DNA from: an uncultured Solirubrobacterales bacterium
GTDB taxonomy: Bacteria > Actinomycetota > Thermoleophilia > Solirubrobacterales > JACPNS01
Reading direction: 5' to 3'
NCBI GenBank assembly: GCA_937128795.1
Contig: CAKZMQ010000021.1
Span: 30,577 to 94,576, forward strand
Length of the DNA: 64,000 bases
Every line of letters starts with the position of its first letter. Positions within the stretch are counted from its first letter, which is position 1. The position numbers and the translations under genes are program-made. Shown here piece by piece: positions 1 through 11,550 of the stretch. The notes beneath the pieces were generated by a model, which was given only the letters and a program-made list of their open reading frames with translations, searched no databases and had not been told where the DNA came from.

Positions 1-438
1 TTCCAGGCAGATCGCGGCAAGCGTGTACGGCTCCGCGCCATACGAGCATCCGGCCGACCAGAGCTTGAGGCGGGTGCCGCCGGATCTTTCGTCGAGCTCC
101 GGCAGGATCTGCTTTTCGATCACTTCGAAGATGTCGGTGTTGCGCCACAGCTGACTGACGGTGATCGTCATCCGCTCCATGAACTTGTCGAGCAGCGGCG
201 CATCGCGCCTCAGCAGCTCGAGATATTCGGTCAGGGTCTCGACGTGGTTGCGCGACGCCAGGCCGCGCGCCCTACGCTCCATCTGATTGCGCTTGTAGAG
301 CGACAGATCCACACCAAGCAGCTGCTTGATACCGGCGCAAAAATTGTCGAAGTCGCCCGGCGGCAGCGGTTCCGGGTCCGGCGGGCCGTGCGGTGGCCTG
401 CGCGGCGGCTCGCGGCGGGATCTCGGTGAATCAGCCAC
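1..438 (-). CDS. cheR: Chemotaxis protein methyltransferase CheR, N-terminal part (gene runs off the left window edge)
   Basis: Hand translation of the minus strand gives ...DFDNFCAGIKQLLGVDLSLYKRNQMERRARGLASRNHVETLTEYLELLRRDAPLLDKFMERMTITVSQLWRNTDIFEVIEKQILPELDERSGGTRLKLWSAGCSYGAEPYTLAAICLE. This is a CheR N-terminal helical domain followed by the start of the SAM-binding fold (WSAGCSxGxEPY). A candidate GTG start at 438 overlaps the cheB stop. The ORF is absent from the supplied track because it is open at the window edge. Confidence 0.8.
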   Translation of the reverse strand, partial: MADSPRSRREPPRRPPHGPPDPEPLPPGDFDNFCAGIKQLLGVDLSLYKRNQMERRARGLASRNHVETLTEYLELLRRDAPLLDKFMERMTITVSQLWRNTDIFEVIEKQILPELDERSGGTRLKLWSAGCSYGAEPYTLAAICLE

Positions 439-1474
439 CGGCCACCTCTGCAATTGCCGGTCCGATCTCGTCGATCGGCAAGACGCCGTCTGCCAGTCCT
501 GCCTCAACGACGGCGCGCGGCATGCCATTTACCGTGGTCGTCTCGCCGTGTTCGGCGATCACCACGCCGCCCGCATCGTGGACCAGCTGGGCACCGTTGC
601 TTCCATCGCGACCCATGCCGGTTAGTACGGCGAGCACGATGTCGCCGCCGAACTCGGTGACTGCGTCGGCGATCGTGACGTCGGCGCAGGGCTTGAGGCC
701 GCCGATCGCAGCATCATCTGACAGCTCCAGCCGCTGACGCCGAATGCGCAAGTGCTTCCCGCCCTGGGCGACGTAGCCGTGGCCGGGCTTGATCTTGGCT
801 CCGGCTTCGGCCTCGCTTATCTGCAATGGGCCGAGACTGTCGAGTCTGATCGCCAGCGACTCGGTGAATCCGGCTGGCATGTGTTGGACGATCAACAATC
901 CCCGGCCGAGTGTTTCCGGGAATGCCTTGACAACGTTGGTGAGCGCTCGCGGTCCGCCGGTTGATGCGGCGATGACCACCAGTCGTCCCGTCGTGGACCC
1001 CGCTCGGGTGACTTTTTGTTTGGGCGCGAGTGGCGGTGGAGGTTTTGGCGGCTGCACGACCGTTGCTCGCGGTGCGCTGCGTACTTCACGGATCGCGGCT
1101 TCGACCTTTGCCAGTAGGTCGTCGAGGAAGTCTTGGAGCTTGCCTCCCGCAGAGGTTTTTGGCACGAGTTCGAATGCGCCTTCAGACAGGGCATCGACCG
1201 CGCGCACGCCGCCATCCTCGCTGAACGAAGAGACGACGACGATCCTCAGACCATTCATCGTGCGTAGTTTGCGCAGCACCTCCATGCCATCCACCTCGGG
1301 CATCGCGAGATCGAGCGAGAGCACGTCCGGCTCGTGCAGGCGGCAGGCCTCAATCGCCTCGCGGCCGTTCGCTACTTCTGCGACGACATCGATCCCGGCG
1401 CGCGTCAGGACATCCGAAATCAATCGGCGCATGAATGCCGAATCATCGGCAACTACTACGCGTGCGGCGCTCAT
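431..1474 (-). CDS. cheB: Protein-glutamate methylesterase/glutaminase CheB (receiver domain + methylesterase domain)
   Basis: ORF 431..1579. The N-terminal response-regulator receiver reads VVVADDSAFMRRLISDVL...DVLSLDLAMPEVDGMEVLRKL. The C-terminal CheB esterase reads VVIAASTGGPRAL...LIVQHMPAGFT...LTGMGRDG. The start was moved to the internal Met (MSAARVVVADD) at 1474 so that it does not overlap the dnaE2 stop. Confidence 0.9.
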   Translation of the reverse strand: MSAARVVVADDSAFMRRLISDVLTRAGIDVVAEVANGREAIEACRLHEPDVLSLDLAMPEVDGMEVLRKLRTMNGLRIVVVSSFSEDGGVRAVDALSEGAFELVPKTSAGGKLQDFLDDLLAKVEAAIREVRSAPRATVVQPPKPPPPLAPKQKVTRAGSTTGRLVVIAASTGGPRALTNVVKAFPETLGRGLLIVQHMPAGFTESLAIRLDSLGPLQISEAEAGAKIKPGHGYVAQGGKHLRIRRQRLELSDDAAIGGLKPCADVTIADAVTEFGGDIVLAVLTGMGRDGSNGAQLVHDAGGVVIAEHGETTTVNGMPRAVVEAGLADGVLPIDEIGPAIAEVAGG

Positions 1475-1547
1475 TGAGTTTTGGTGGATTTTTTGGTGTT
1501 TCGTCGACGGACCCGTCGGTTGGGTTACGAGCCCCGCCTTTTGGTGT

Positions 1548-5633
<4,086 letters not shown>

Positions 5634-5683
5634 TTGCAGGGCCTTTTACTACCGCTTCTGAGGTATGTATGGTCTTCCTGACA

Positions 5684-5697
5684 CGAACATATGTTCG
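5684..5697. promoter_or_regulatory. LexA (SOS) box CGAACATATGTTCG in the divergent dnaE2 / antitoxin intergenic region
   Basis: Perfect palindrome CGAAC-N4-GTTCG, matching the Gram-positive/actinobacterial LexA operator core (GAAC-N4-GTTC). It lies 51 bp upstream of the dnaE2 ATG (5633, minus strand) and 22 bp upstream of the antitoxin ATG (5719, plus strand). On the minus strand it is immediately preceded by TAGAAT, which resembles a -10 element. Confidence 0.75.
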
Positions 5698-5718
5698 ATT
5701 CTACAGCAGGAGGCAGCG

Positions 5719-5973
5719 ATGGTCGTTATAACATCCGTTATACTGAACGACGTGGAACTGAAGATCACACAAATCGGGAACTCCCTGGGAGTGATCCTCC
5801 CCAAGGAACTGCTCGCCAAGCTCAAGGTTGAGAAGGGCGACTCCCTGCACGTGCTCGAAACGAAGGACGGCGTCGAGCTGACGCCGTTCGATCCCGAGTT
5901 CGCGAACCGCATGGATCGGGTCGAGCGCATCATGCGCGAGAACCGCAACCTGCTCAAGCGACTCGCGGAGTAG
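5719..5973 (+). CDS. AbrB/MazE/SpoVT-fold antitoxin (Phd-like partner of Doc)
   Basis: ORF 5665..5973. The start was moved to the Met at 5719, which is preceded by AGGAGG. The sequence VELKITQIGNSLGVILPKELLAKLKVEKGDSLHVLETKDGVELTPFDPEF is a typical swapped-hairpin AbrB-type DNA-binding domain. The doc gene begins 4 nt after its stop. Confidence 0.8.
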   Translation: MVVITSVILNDVELKITQIGNSLGVILPKELLAKLKVEKGDSLHVLETKDGVELTPFDPEFANRMDRVERIMRENRNLLKRLAE

Positions 5974-5977
5974 TTCC

Positions 5978-6364
5978 ATGACTGAGATCAAATGGCTCCG
6001 CACAGTCGATGTGCTCGGAGCACACAAACTGCTGATCGAATTCAGCGGCGGCAGCGACGGGGTTAGAGATGAGGGGTTGCTCGAATCGGCGCTCGCCCGA
6101 CCACGCAACATTCACGCCTACGAGCCAGATGCACCACTCACAAAGCTCGCCGCTGCATACGGATACGGAATCGCCAACAACCACCCGTTCGTGGATGGCA
6201 ACAAACGGGCTGCGTTCGTCGCGATCGAGTTGTTTCTGGACCTCCATGGCATCACGATCGACGCGTCGGAGGAAGACAAGTACGCGACGATGATCGGCCT
6301 GGCCGCTGGCGATCTGAGTGAAGACGCGCTCTCTGAGTGGTTGAGCGAGCACTGTCATCCGTGA
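5978..6364 (+). CDS. doc: Doc (death-on-curing) family Fic-fold toxin
   Basis: 128 aa with the Doc/Fic signature HPFVDGNKRAAF. It also has the typical N-terminal context (GVRDEGLLESALARP) and is tightly coupled to the upstream antitoxin. Confidence 0.88.
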   Translation: MTEIKWLRTVDVLGAHKLLIEFSGGSDGVRDEGLLESALARPRNIHAYEPDAPLTKLAAAYGYGIANNHPFVDGNKRAAFVAIELFLDLHGITIDASEEDKYATMIGLAAGDLSEDALSEWLSEHCHP

Positions 6365-6406
6365 TCAAACAGCCGATCGGCCATCTTCACCCGTAGTCTT
6401 ACCGCC

Positions 6407-7357
6407 GTGTCCACCCTCACAGAAGACGGAACGCGCCGCCATCGTCGGCTGATGCGGATGGTTTGGCTCGCGATCGCTGCGGCGGTCGCGACGATTGCGC
6501 TGAAGCTCTCGGCCTGGCTGATCACGGGGTCGGTCGGTCTGCTCGCCGACGCCGCCGAGTCGTTCGTCAACCTCGCGGCGGCGATCGTCGCGTTGATCGT
6601 CGTGCGCTGGGCCGGTCAGCCCGCCGACGAGGACCACGCCTACGGACACGACAAGGCCGACTACCTCTCGGCCGGGGCCGAGGGCACGATGATCCTCGTC
6701 GCCGCCGGCACGATCGCGATTGCCGCCGTCGGCCGGCTGATCAATCCCGTGCCGCTCGAAACCGTCGGCCTCGGTCTGGCGATCACAGCCGTCGCCACTG
6801 TGATCAATCTGACCGTAGCCATACTGCTGCTGCGCGTCGGTCGCGAAGAATCGTCGCTGACCGTCGAGTCCGACGGCCGACACCTGATGACCGACGTCTG
6901 GACGTCGGTCGGCGTGATCGGCGGTGTGGCACTGGTCGCAATCACCGGCGTCGAGCGCCTCGACCCAATCATCGCTCTGCTCGTCGCATTCAACATCATC
7001 TTCACCGGTGCGCGCTTGGTGAGGCGCTCGCTCTCCGGGCTGCTCGACCGTGCACTTGAGACCGACGAGATCGCTCAGATCGAGTCGGTGCTCGACAAGT
7101 ATCGCGCCGAGGAAATCTCGTTCCACGCTCTACGCACCCGTCGCTCCGCGCATCGCGCCTTCGTCTCGGTTCACGTTTTGGTGCCAGGCGGGTGGTCCGT
7201 GCAGCAGGGGCACGATGTGGTTGAGCGCATCGAGCACGACCTGCGCTCGCTGTTCGGCACGGTGACGGTCTTCACGCACCTTGAACCGATCGAGGATCCG
7301 GTGTCATTCGCAGACACGCAACTCGATCGTGAAGATGGTCATCCCAATAGCCGCTGA
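6407..7357 (+). CDS. Cation diffusion facilitator (CDF) family metal efflux transporter
   Basis: 316 aa with six predicted TM segments. CDF signatures SVGLLADAAESFVN and HAYGHDKADYLSA are present. The C-terminal cytoplasmic domain reads FHALRTRRSAHRAFVSVHVLVPG. Confidence 0.88.
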   Translation: MSTLTEDGTRRHRRLMRMVWLAIAAAVATIALKLSAWLITGSVGLLADAAESFVNLAAAIVALIVVRWAGQPADEDHAYGHDKADYLSAGAEGTMILVAAGTIAIAAVGRLINPVPLETVGLGLAITAVATVINLTVAILLLRVGREESSLTVESDGRHLMTDVWTSVGVIGGVALVAITGVERLDPIIALLVAFNIIFTGARLVRRSLSGLLDRALETDEIAQIESVLDKYRAEEISFHALRTRRSAHRAFVSVHVLVPGGWSVQQGHDVVERIEHDLRSLFGTVTVFTHLEPIEDPVSFADTQLDREDGHPNSR

Positions 7358-7387
7358 GATCGCTCGCCCGTCGGGGCCGTTGCACGG

Positions 7388-8878
7388 TCAAGCCCGCTGC
7401 TCAAACCATCGCTTGGTCTTGAGATCCTGAAATACGACGGCGTTGCTGCCGCCCTTGAGCACCAGCTCGAAGTAGCGGCGTCTGACCGGACTGCCCGTCC
7501 ACCAACGATCCTCCACCACCCAGCGCTCGCGCTCCTGATCGACCGGGTGACCGCGCAGCGCCAGCGGGTTGCCGTCGCCGTCGGCGCGCAGTTGGGCTGG
7601 CTTGGGGCGACCGAGCGGCACCGGCCCGGGCGAGAGTGCGGTGCGGCGCTCGGGCAGGCGCGAGCCCTCGTTCATCCGCACGACGCGCGCGACCTTCTGC
7701 GGTGAACCGGCCGCTTGACGGGCCTGCTCGGAGGCGACCTTCAGGCGGCGTTTGCGCTCGGCGGGTGAATCCTCGTGCAGCAGCGTCAAGACCTCGTGGT
7801 CGAGCGGCCCGAAGCCGTCGACGGTGAACTCCAGCGCAGACGCGGGCTCGGGTAGTTCGAGCAGTTTGCGCTCGGCGACCAGTTTGATGCGCACGGGGTC
7901 GGCGGTCGGTTCGCGCATCAGGCCGCGCGTGCTCCATGAGCCGCCCTCGATGAAGCTGGTGTGCAGCGTGAAGCCGCGCAGCGTACGGCCAGCGCGCTCG
8001 GGGCGTGCGAGCAGGCGCTCGATCAACAGCGTCAGCGCGCGTTCGAGATCGCCGGCCATCGCACCTTGTGCGTTCCTCGCCTGACCTTCGGCATCGTCGA
8101 TCAGCTCGATCCGCTCGCTCAGGCGCTCGGCGGGCCGGCGCGGGCGCAGTGGTGGCTCTTGTCCGTAGATGAGGTCGCGCGCCGTCAACCCGACGCGGCC
8201 GAATCGTTCGGCCACCTGGGCGCGACGCAGCACCGCGAACTCACCGAGCGTCTCGATGCCGAGCTTCTCCAGCGTCGCGGCCAGCTGCTCGCACTGTTTC
8301 GAGTAGAGCGCAAGCCAGCCGACCGGCGCGTTGGCGAGAAACTCGCGCCGCTCAAGATCGTTGCCGATCACCCGTGGCTTGCGCGGACGCGCCGTACGCG
8401 CTGCGGCCAACGCGATGAACCTCGTCTCGGCCGCACCGATCCTGACCGGTCGACCGATCGCGTCGCGCACGGCCGCGATAACTCCGTCGAAGCCACGGTG
8501 CAGCGGTTCGAGTCCGGCGGATTCGAAGAACACCGTGCCCGGTTTGTCGGGATCGCTCTCGACCTCGGTGCCGATGTTCTCGAGCGCGCGCAGCACGGCC
8601 TCCCACCCATTCGCGGCGGCGACCGGATCCGGTGGCACCAACTTCAGCTGTGGGCAACGCGCGAATGCCTCGCCGACCGACAGACCCGGAGTGACAGCAA
8701 AGGCCTCGGCCGCCGCCGAGACCTGCCCGATCACCGCGCGACCCGTCGGGGGTGGGGCGAGGGCGATCGGTTGCTGCATCAAGGCCGCTGCGACTTCGGC
8801 GTGCCCGCCGGTCGTGCGAGAGCCGGGCACGCACGAATCGGCCGAAGCAGCAACCATCAGCTCAAAACGAGGGAGCAT
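7388..8878 (-). CDS. imuB: ImuB, Y-family-polymerase-like component of the ImuB/DnaE2 mutasome
   Basis: ORF 7388..8974. The Y-family-like N-terminus starts MLPRFELMVAA... The start is set at the Met at 8878 because the upstream 32 codons would contain the LexA box. The gene is close to dnaE2. Confidence 0.8.
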   Translation of the reverse strand: MLPRFELMVAASADSCVPGSRTTGGHAEVAAALMQQPIALAPPPTGRAVIGQVSAAAEAFAVTPGLSVGEAFARCPQLKLVPPDPVAAANGWEAVLRALENIGTEVESDPDKPGTVFFESAGLEPLHRGFDGVIAAVRDAIGRPVRIGAAETRFIALAAARTARPRKPRVIGNDLERREFLANAPVGWLALYSKQCEQLAATLEKLGIETLGEFAVLRRAQVAERFGRVGLTARDLIYGQEPPLRPRRPAERLSERIELIDDAEGQARNAQGAMAGDLERALTLLIERLLARPERAGRTLRGFTLHTSFIEGGSWSTRGLMREPTADPVRIKLVAERKLLELPEPASALEFTVDGFGPLDHEVLTLLHEDSPAERKRRLKVASEQARQAAGSPQKVARVVRMNEGSRLPERRTALSPGPVPLGRPKPAQLRADGDGNPLALRGHPVDQERERWVVEDRWWTGSPVRRRYFELVLKGGSNAVVFQDLKTKRWFEQRA

Positions 8879-8895
8879 TACGCATACAACAGACA

Positions 8896-8909
8896 CGAAC
8901 GTATGTTCG
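8896..8909. promoter_or_regulatory. LexA (SOS) box CGAACGTATGTTCG upstream of imuB
   Basis: CGAAC-N4-GTTCG palindrome 18 bp upstream of the imuB ATG. The extended 18-nt context GACACGAAC(G/A)TATGTTCG is shared with the dnaE2 box apart from one base. TTGACA (a -35-like element on the minus strand) lies just upstream, within the palindrome TGACAAGACATTGTCA (8915-8930). Confidence 0.75.
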
Positions 8910-8953
8910 CATACTGACAAGACATTGTCAAGTGGGCCTGCGAGATCCGGGGC

Positions 8954-9287
8954 TTGCAAGGTCCGAGGTTGCAAGCGGGATCAGTGCGTGACGTTCGTGG
9001 ATTGCTGCGAGGGTGGGTTGACTTTCGTTTGGCACCGATGGGGTGAGGCGGTTGGTTGTGGTGCGGGCCGATCTCGTTGGGGATCGACGTAGTGTGAATC
9101 GGTGGCCCTGATTGCAATGGGGTGTTTTGGTCCAGGAGTCCCCCGGCGGGGGAGTCTTGGACCATTTTGCCCCATCGGAATCACCACCACCAATCAGCCC
9201 ATTCCCTTTTCGGTGCCCAAACGAAAGTCAACCTGCGCCCCGCATCAAACCCCAACCAGATCCCGCTTGCAACCTCGGACCTTGCAA
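8954..9287. repeat. 334-bp long imperfect palindrome with 29-bp perfect terminal inverted repeats (MITE-like element or structured RNA locus)
   Basis: Left end ttgcaaggtccgaggttgcaagcgggatc (8954-8982) is the exact reverse complement of 9259-9287. An internal 22-bp block, gttgactttcgtttggcaccga (9017-9038), matches tcggtgcccaaacgaaagtcaac (9210-9232). The centre, ggtccaggagtcccccggcgggggagtcttggacc, is itself a near-palindrome. Each terminus also contains its own small hairpin (CTTGCAA-N9-TTGCAAG). No convincing ORF is present. Confidence 0.85.
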
Positions 9288-9302
9288 AGGAAAAGGGAAT
9301 TG

Positions 9303-9335
9303 GGCAAAGAGAAAGACCCGGCGTTTGGCCGGGTC
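9303..9335 (-). terminator. Putative intrinsic terminator (minus strand), about 220 nt downstream of dxs
   Basis: Stem GACCCGGC / GCCGGGTC (9315-9322 and 9328-9335) with a 5-nt loop. On the minus strand it is followed by tttctctttg. Confidence 0.55.
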
Positions 9336-9554
9336 TGATCTCTGGGGAGGATACTGCTGTGTCTCTGGGTCGTCTCGTACTTGGGGGAGAGAGACGCCCT
9401 GGAGAAGTCGTGTCCGATAAAACTTGGAGGCGACTTCCGTATCTGGTGGTAAAGATAGGCCTCGTTGTGTGATGTGTGTGTGAGATTGCTCACACTTGCA
9501 CAAAGTACTTACGTCTCGGTATCCCGCTCCTGATGCGGGTTGACGGCAGTCCGT

Positions 9555-11540
9555 TTAGGCGTCGCTGGGCGTCTTCGACGCCATTCGTTCTGTGATGCGT
9601 CGTGCGACGGCATCGGCGGTGAAGCCGATCTCTTCGTGTAAAAGCTTGGGTGCGCCGTGCGTTATGTAGCGGTCCGGAATGCCCACGCGCAATGTCGAGA
9701 CGGGCAACGCGTTGTCGGCCAAATGCTCGATCACTCCCGAACCAAATCCACCGGCCAGCGCACCCTCCTCGAGCGTCACAAGCAGCTCGTGTTCGGCGGC
9801 GAGCTCGTTGACCAGCTCGGTGTCGAGTGGCTTCGCGAATCGCGCATCGGCGACCGTGGCGGACACTCCCTGTTCGGCGAGCACGCCGGCCGCGCCTTGC
9901 GCCACCCCGACGCCGGTTCCGTATCCAAGTAGCGCGACACTTCCGTCACCACGCGACAACACCTCGCCCACACCAACGTCGATCGCAGTGGGCGATTTCG
10001 GCAATGGCACACCAACGCCCTCGCCCCGCGGATAGCGGATCGCCACCGGGCCATCGTCGTGGAGCAACGCCGTGTGCAGCATGTCCACAAGCACAGCCTC
10101 GTCGCGCGGCGCCATCAAGATGATGTTCGGCAACGGGCGTAGATAGGAGATGTCAAATGCGCCGTGGTGCGTCGGGCCGTCGTCGCCGACCAGTCCCGCG
10201 CGATCCATCGCGAAAACGACGTTCAACTTCTGCAGGCAGACGTCGTGAACAATTTGATCGAAGCCGCGCTGCAAGAAGGTCGAGTAGACAGCAACCACAG
10301 GCTTCACGCCCTGCAATGCGAGTCCGGAAGCGAACAAGACTGCGTGTTGCTCGGCAATGCCTACGTCGAAGTAGTGCTCTGGCATTTCTTTCTGCAGGAT
10401 CGAAAGACCGGTGCCGGAATTCATCGCCGCCGTGATGCCGACCACGCGTTCGTCGCGCTTGCATTCGGCCACCAACGCTTCGCCGAAGACCTTGGTGTAT
10501 TGCGGCGGCGCTTTTTTCATCGCCGCTCCGTTGGTGGTCGATTTAGCCGGTGCCGCGGTCGGCTTGCGGTCGGTGATGCCCTTCGGCTTCACCGCGTGCC
10601 ATTGCTCCATTCCTTCGAGTCCACCCTCTTCGGCCGGCGCGAATCCCTTTCCTTTGACCGTCGCGATATGGACGACGACGGGGCGGTCTGCTGCCAGAGC
10701 TTCCTCGATCGCCGGGCGTAGCTCGCTGACGTCATGCCCGTCGATCACGCCGATGTATGCGAAGTCGAGCTCCTCCCAGAACAATCCGGGCGCCCAGAAG
10801 GCCTTGACGGATTCCTTGAATTGGGGGCCGAAGCGTTCGAACGCCGCGCCGATACCTGCCGGTAGTTTGGTGAGCGCACTTTCCGCACCGTCACGCGCCT
10901 TGTAGAGCTTCGGATTCATGCGAACCCGATTGAAGTAGCGCGAGAGCGCCCCAACGTTTGGTGAGATCGACATGCCGTTGTCGTTGAGAATCACGACGAT
11001 CGGCGAACCCAGGCCACCTGCATTGTGGATCGCCTCAAAGGCGACGCCTCCGGTCATCGAGCCGTCACCGATTACGGCAACAACCTTGCCGTCGGGTCCG
11101 CTGCCCATCCGCATCGCCTCTTTGAGGCCCACGGCGTATGAAATCGATGTCGAAGCGTGCCCCGCCCCCATGATGTCGTGCTCACTCTCAAAGCGTGCGC
11201 AAAACGGCGCAAGCCCGTCGTACTTGCGGATCGTGGGAAGCTGATCGCGTCGGCCGGTGAGAATCTTGTGGGGATAGGCCTGATGTCCGACGTCCCAGAG
11301 GATCTTGTCGGTCGGTGAATCAAGCAGCGCATGCAGCACCACTGACAGCTCGCAAACGCCGAGGTTCGCGCCGAAGTGTCCGCCGATCTCGCCGACCGTG
11401 TCGATCAGCTCTTCGCGGACTTCCTGGGCTATCTGTTGGAGCTGCTGGTCGTCGAGACCCGAGAGGTCATCGGGTCCGTCGACGCCGGACAGCAACGAGC
11501 CCGACGGCAAAGCGTTTTCGTTGGATTTTGATTTCGCCAA
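9555..11540 (-). CDS. dxs: 1-deoxy-D-xylulose-5-phosphate synthase
   Basis: 661 aa. Contains the TPP-binding motifs GHFGANLG, WDVGHQAYPHKILTGR and IGDGSMTGGVAFEA. The transketolase-like C-terminus reads ITAAMNSGTGL and DVGIAEQHAV. Confidence 0.95.
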   Translation of the reverse strand: MAKSKSNENALPSGSLLSGVDGPDDLSGLDDQQLQQIAQEVREELIDTVGEIGGHFGANLGVCELSVVLHALLDSPTDKILWDVGHQAYPHKILTGRRDQLPTIRKYDGLAPFCARFESEHDIMGAGHASTSISYAVGLKEAMRMGSGPDGKVVAVIGDGSMTGGVAFEAIHNAGGLGSPIVVILNDNGMSISPNVGALSRYFNRVRMNPKLYKARDGAESALTKLPAGIGAAFERFGPQFKESVKAFWAPGLFWEELDFAYIGVIDGHDVSELRPAIEEALAADRPVVVHIATVKGKGFAPAEEGGLEGMEQWHAVKPKGITDRKPTAAPAKSTTNGAAMKKAPPQYTKVFGEALVAECKRDERVVGITAAMNSGTGLSILQKEMPEHYFDVGIAEQHAVLFASGLALQGVKPVVAVYSTFLQRGFDQIVHDVCLQKLNVVFAMDRAGLVGDDGPTHHGAFDISYLRPLPNIILMAPRDEAVLVDMLHTALLHDDGPVAIRYPRGEGVGVPLPKSPTAIDVGVGEVLSRGDGSVALLGYGTGVGVAQGAAGVLAEQGVSATVADARFAKPLDTELVNELAAEHELLVTLEEGALAGGFGSGVIEHLADNALPVSTLRVGIPDRYITHGAPKLLHEEIGFTADAVARRITERMASKTPSDA

Positions 11541-11550
11541 GGCACGTCAC

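Noticed and set aside
7388-8974. Full-length 528-aa version of the imuB ORF starting at 8974
   Set aside because: The first 32 codons would contain the LexA box and the TTGACA element. The Y-family-like N-terminus begins at MLPRFEL (8878).
8878-9420. Two ORFs on opposite strands (8878..9165 minus and 9112..9420 plus) whose products share 'DPACNLGPCK', which could be mistaken for a small protein family
   Set aside because: The shared peptide is a direct consequence of the 29-bp terminal inverted repeat being translated on both strands. The compositions are Pro/Arg-rich, and no RBS or conserved domain is present.
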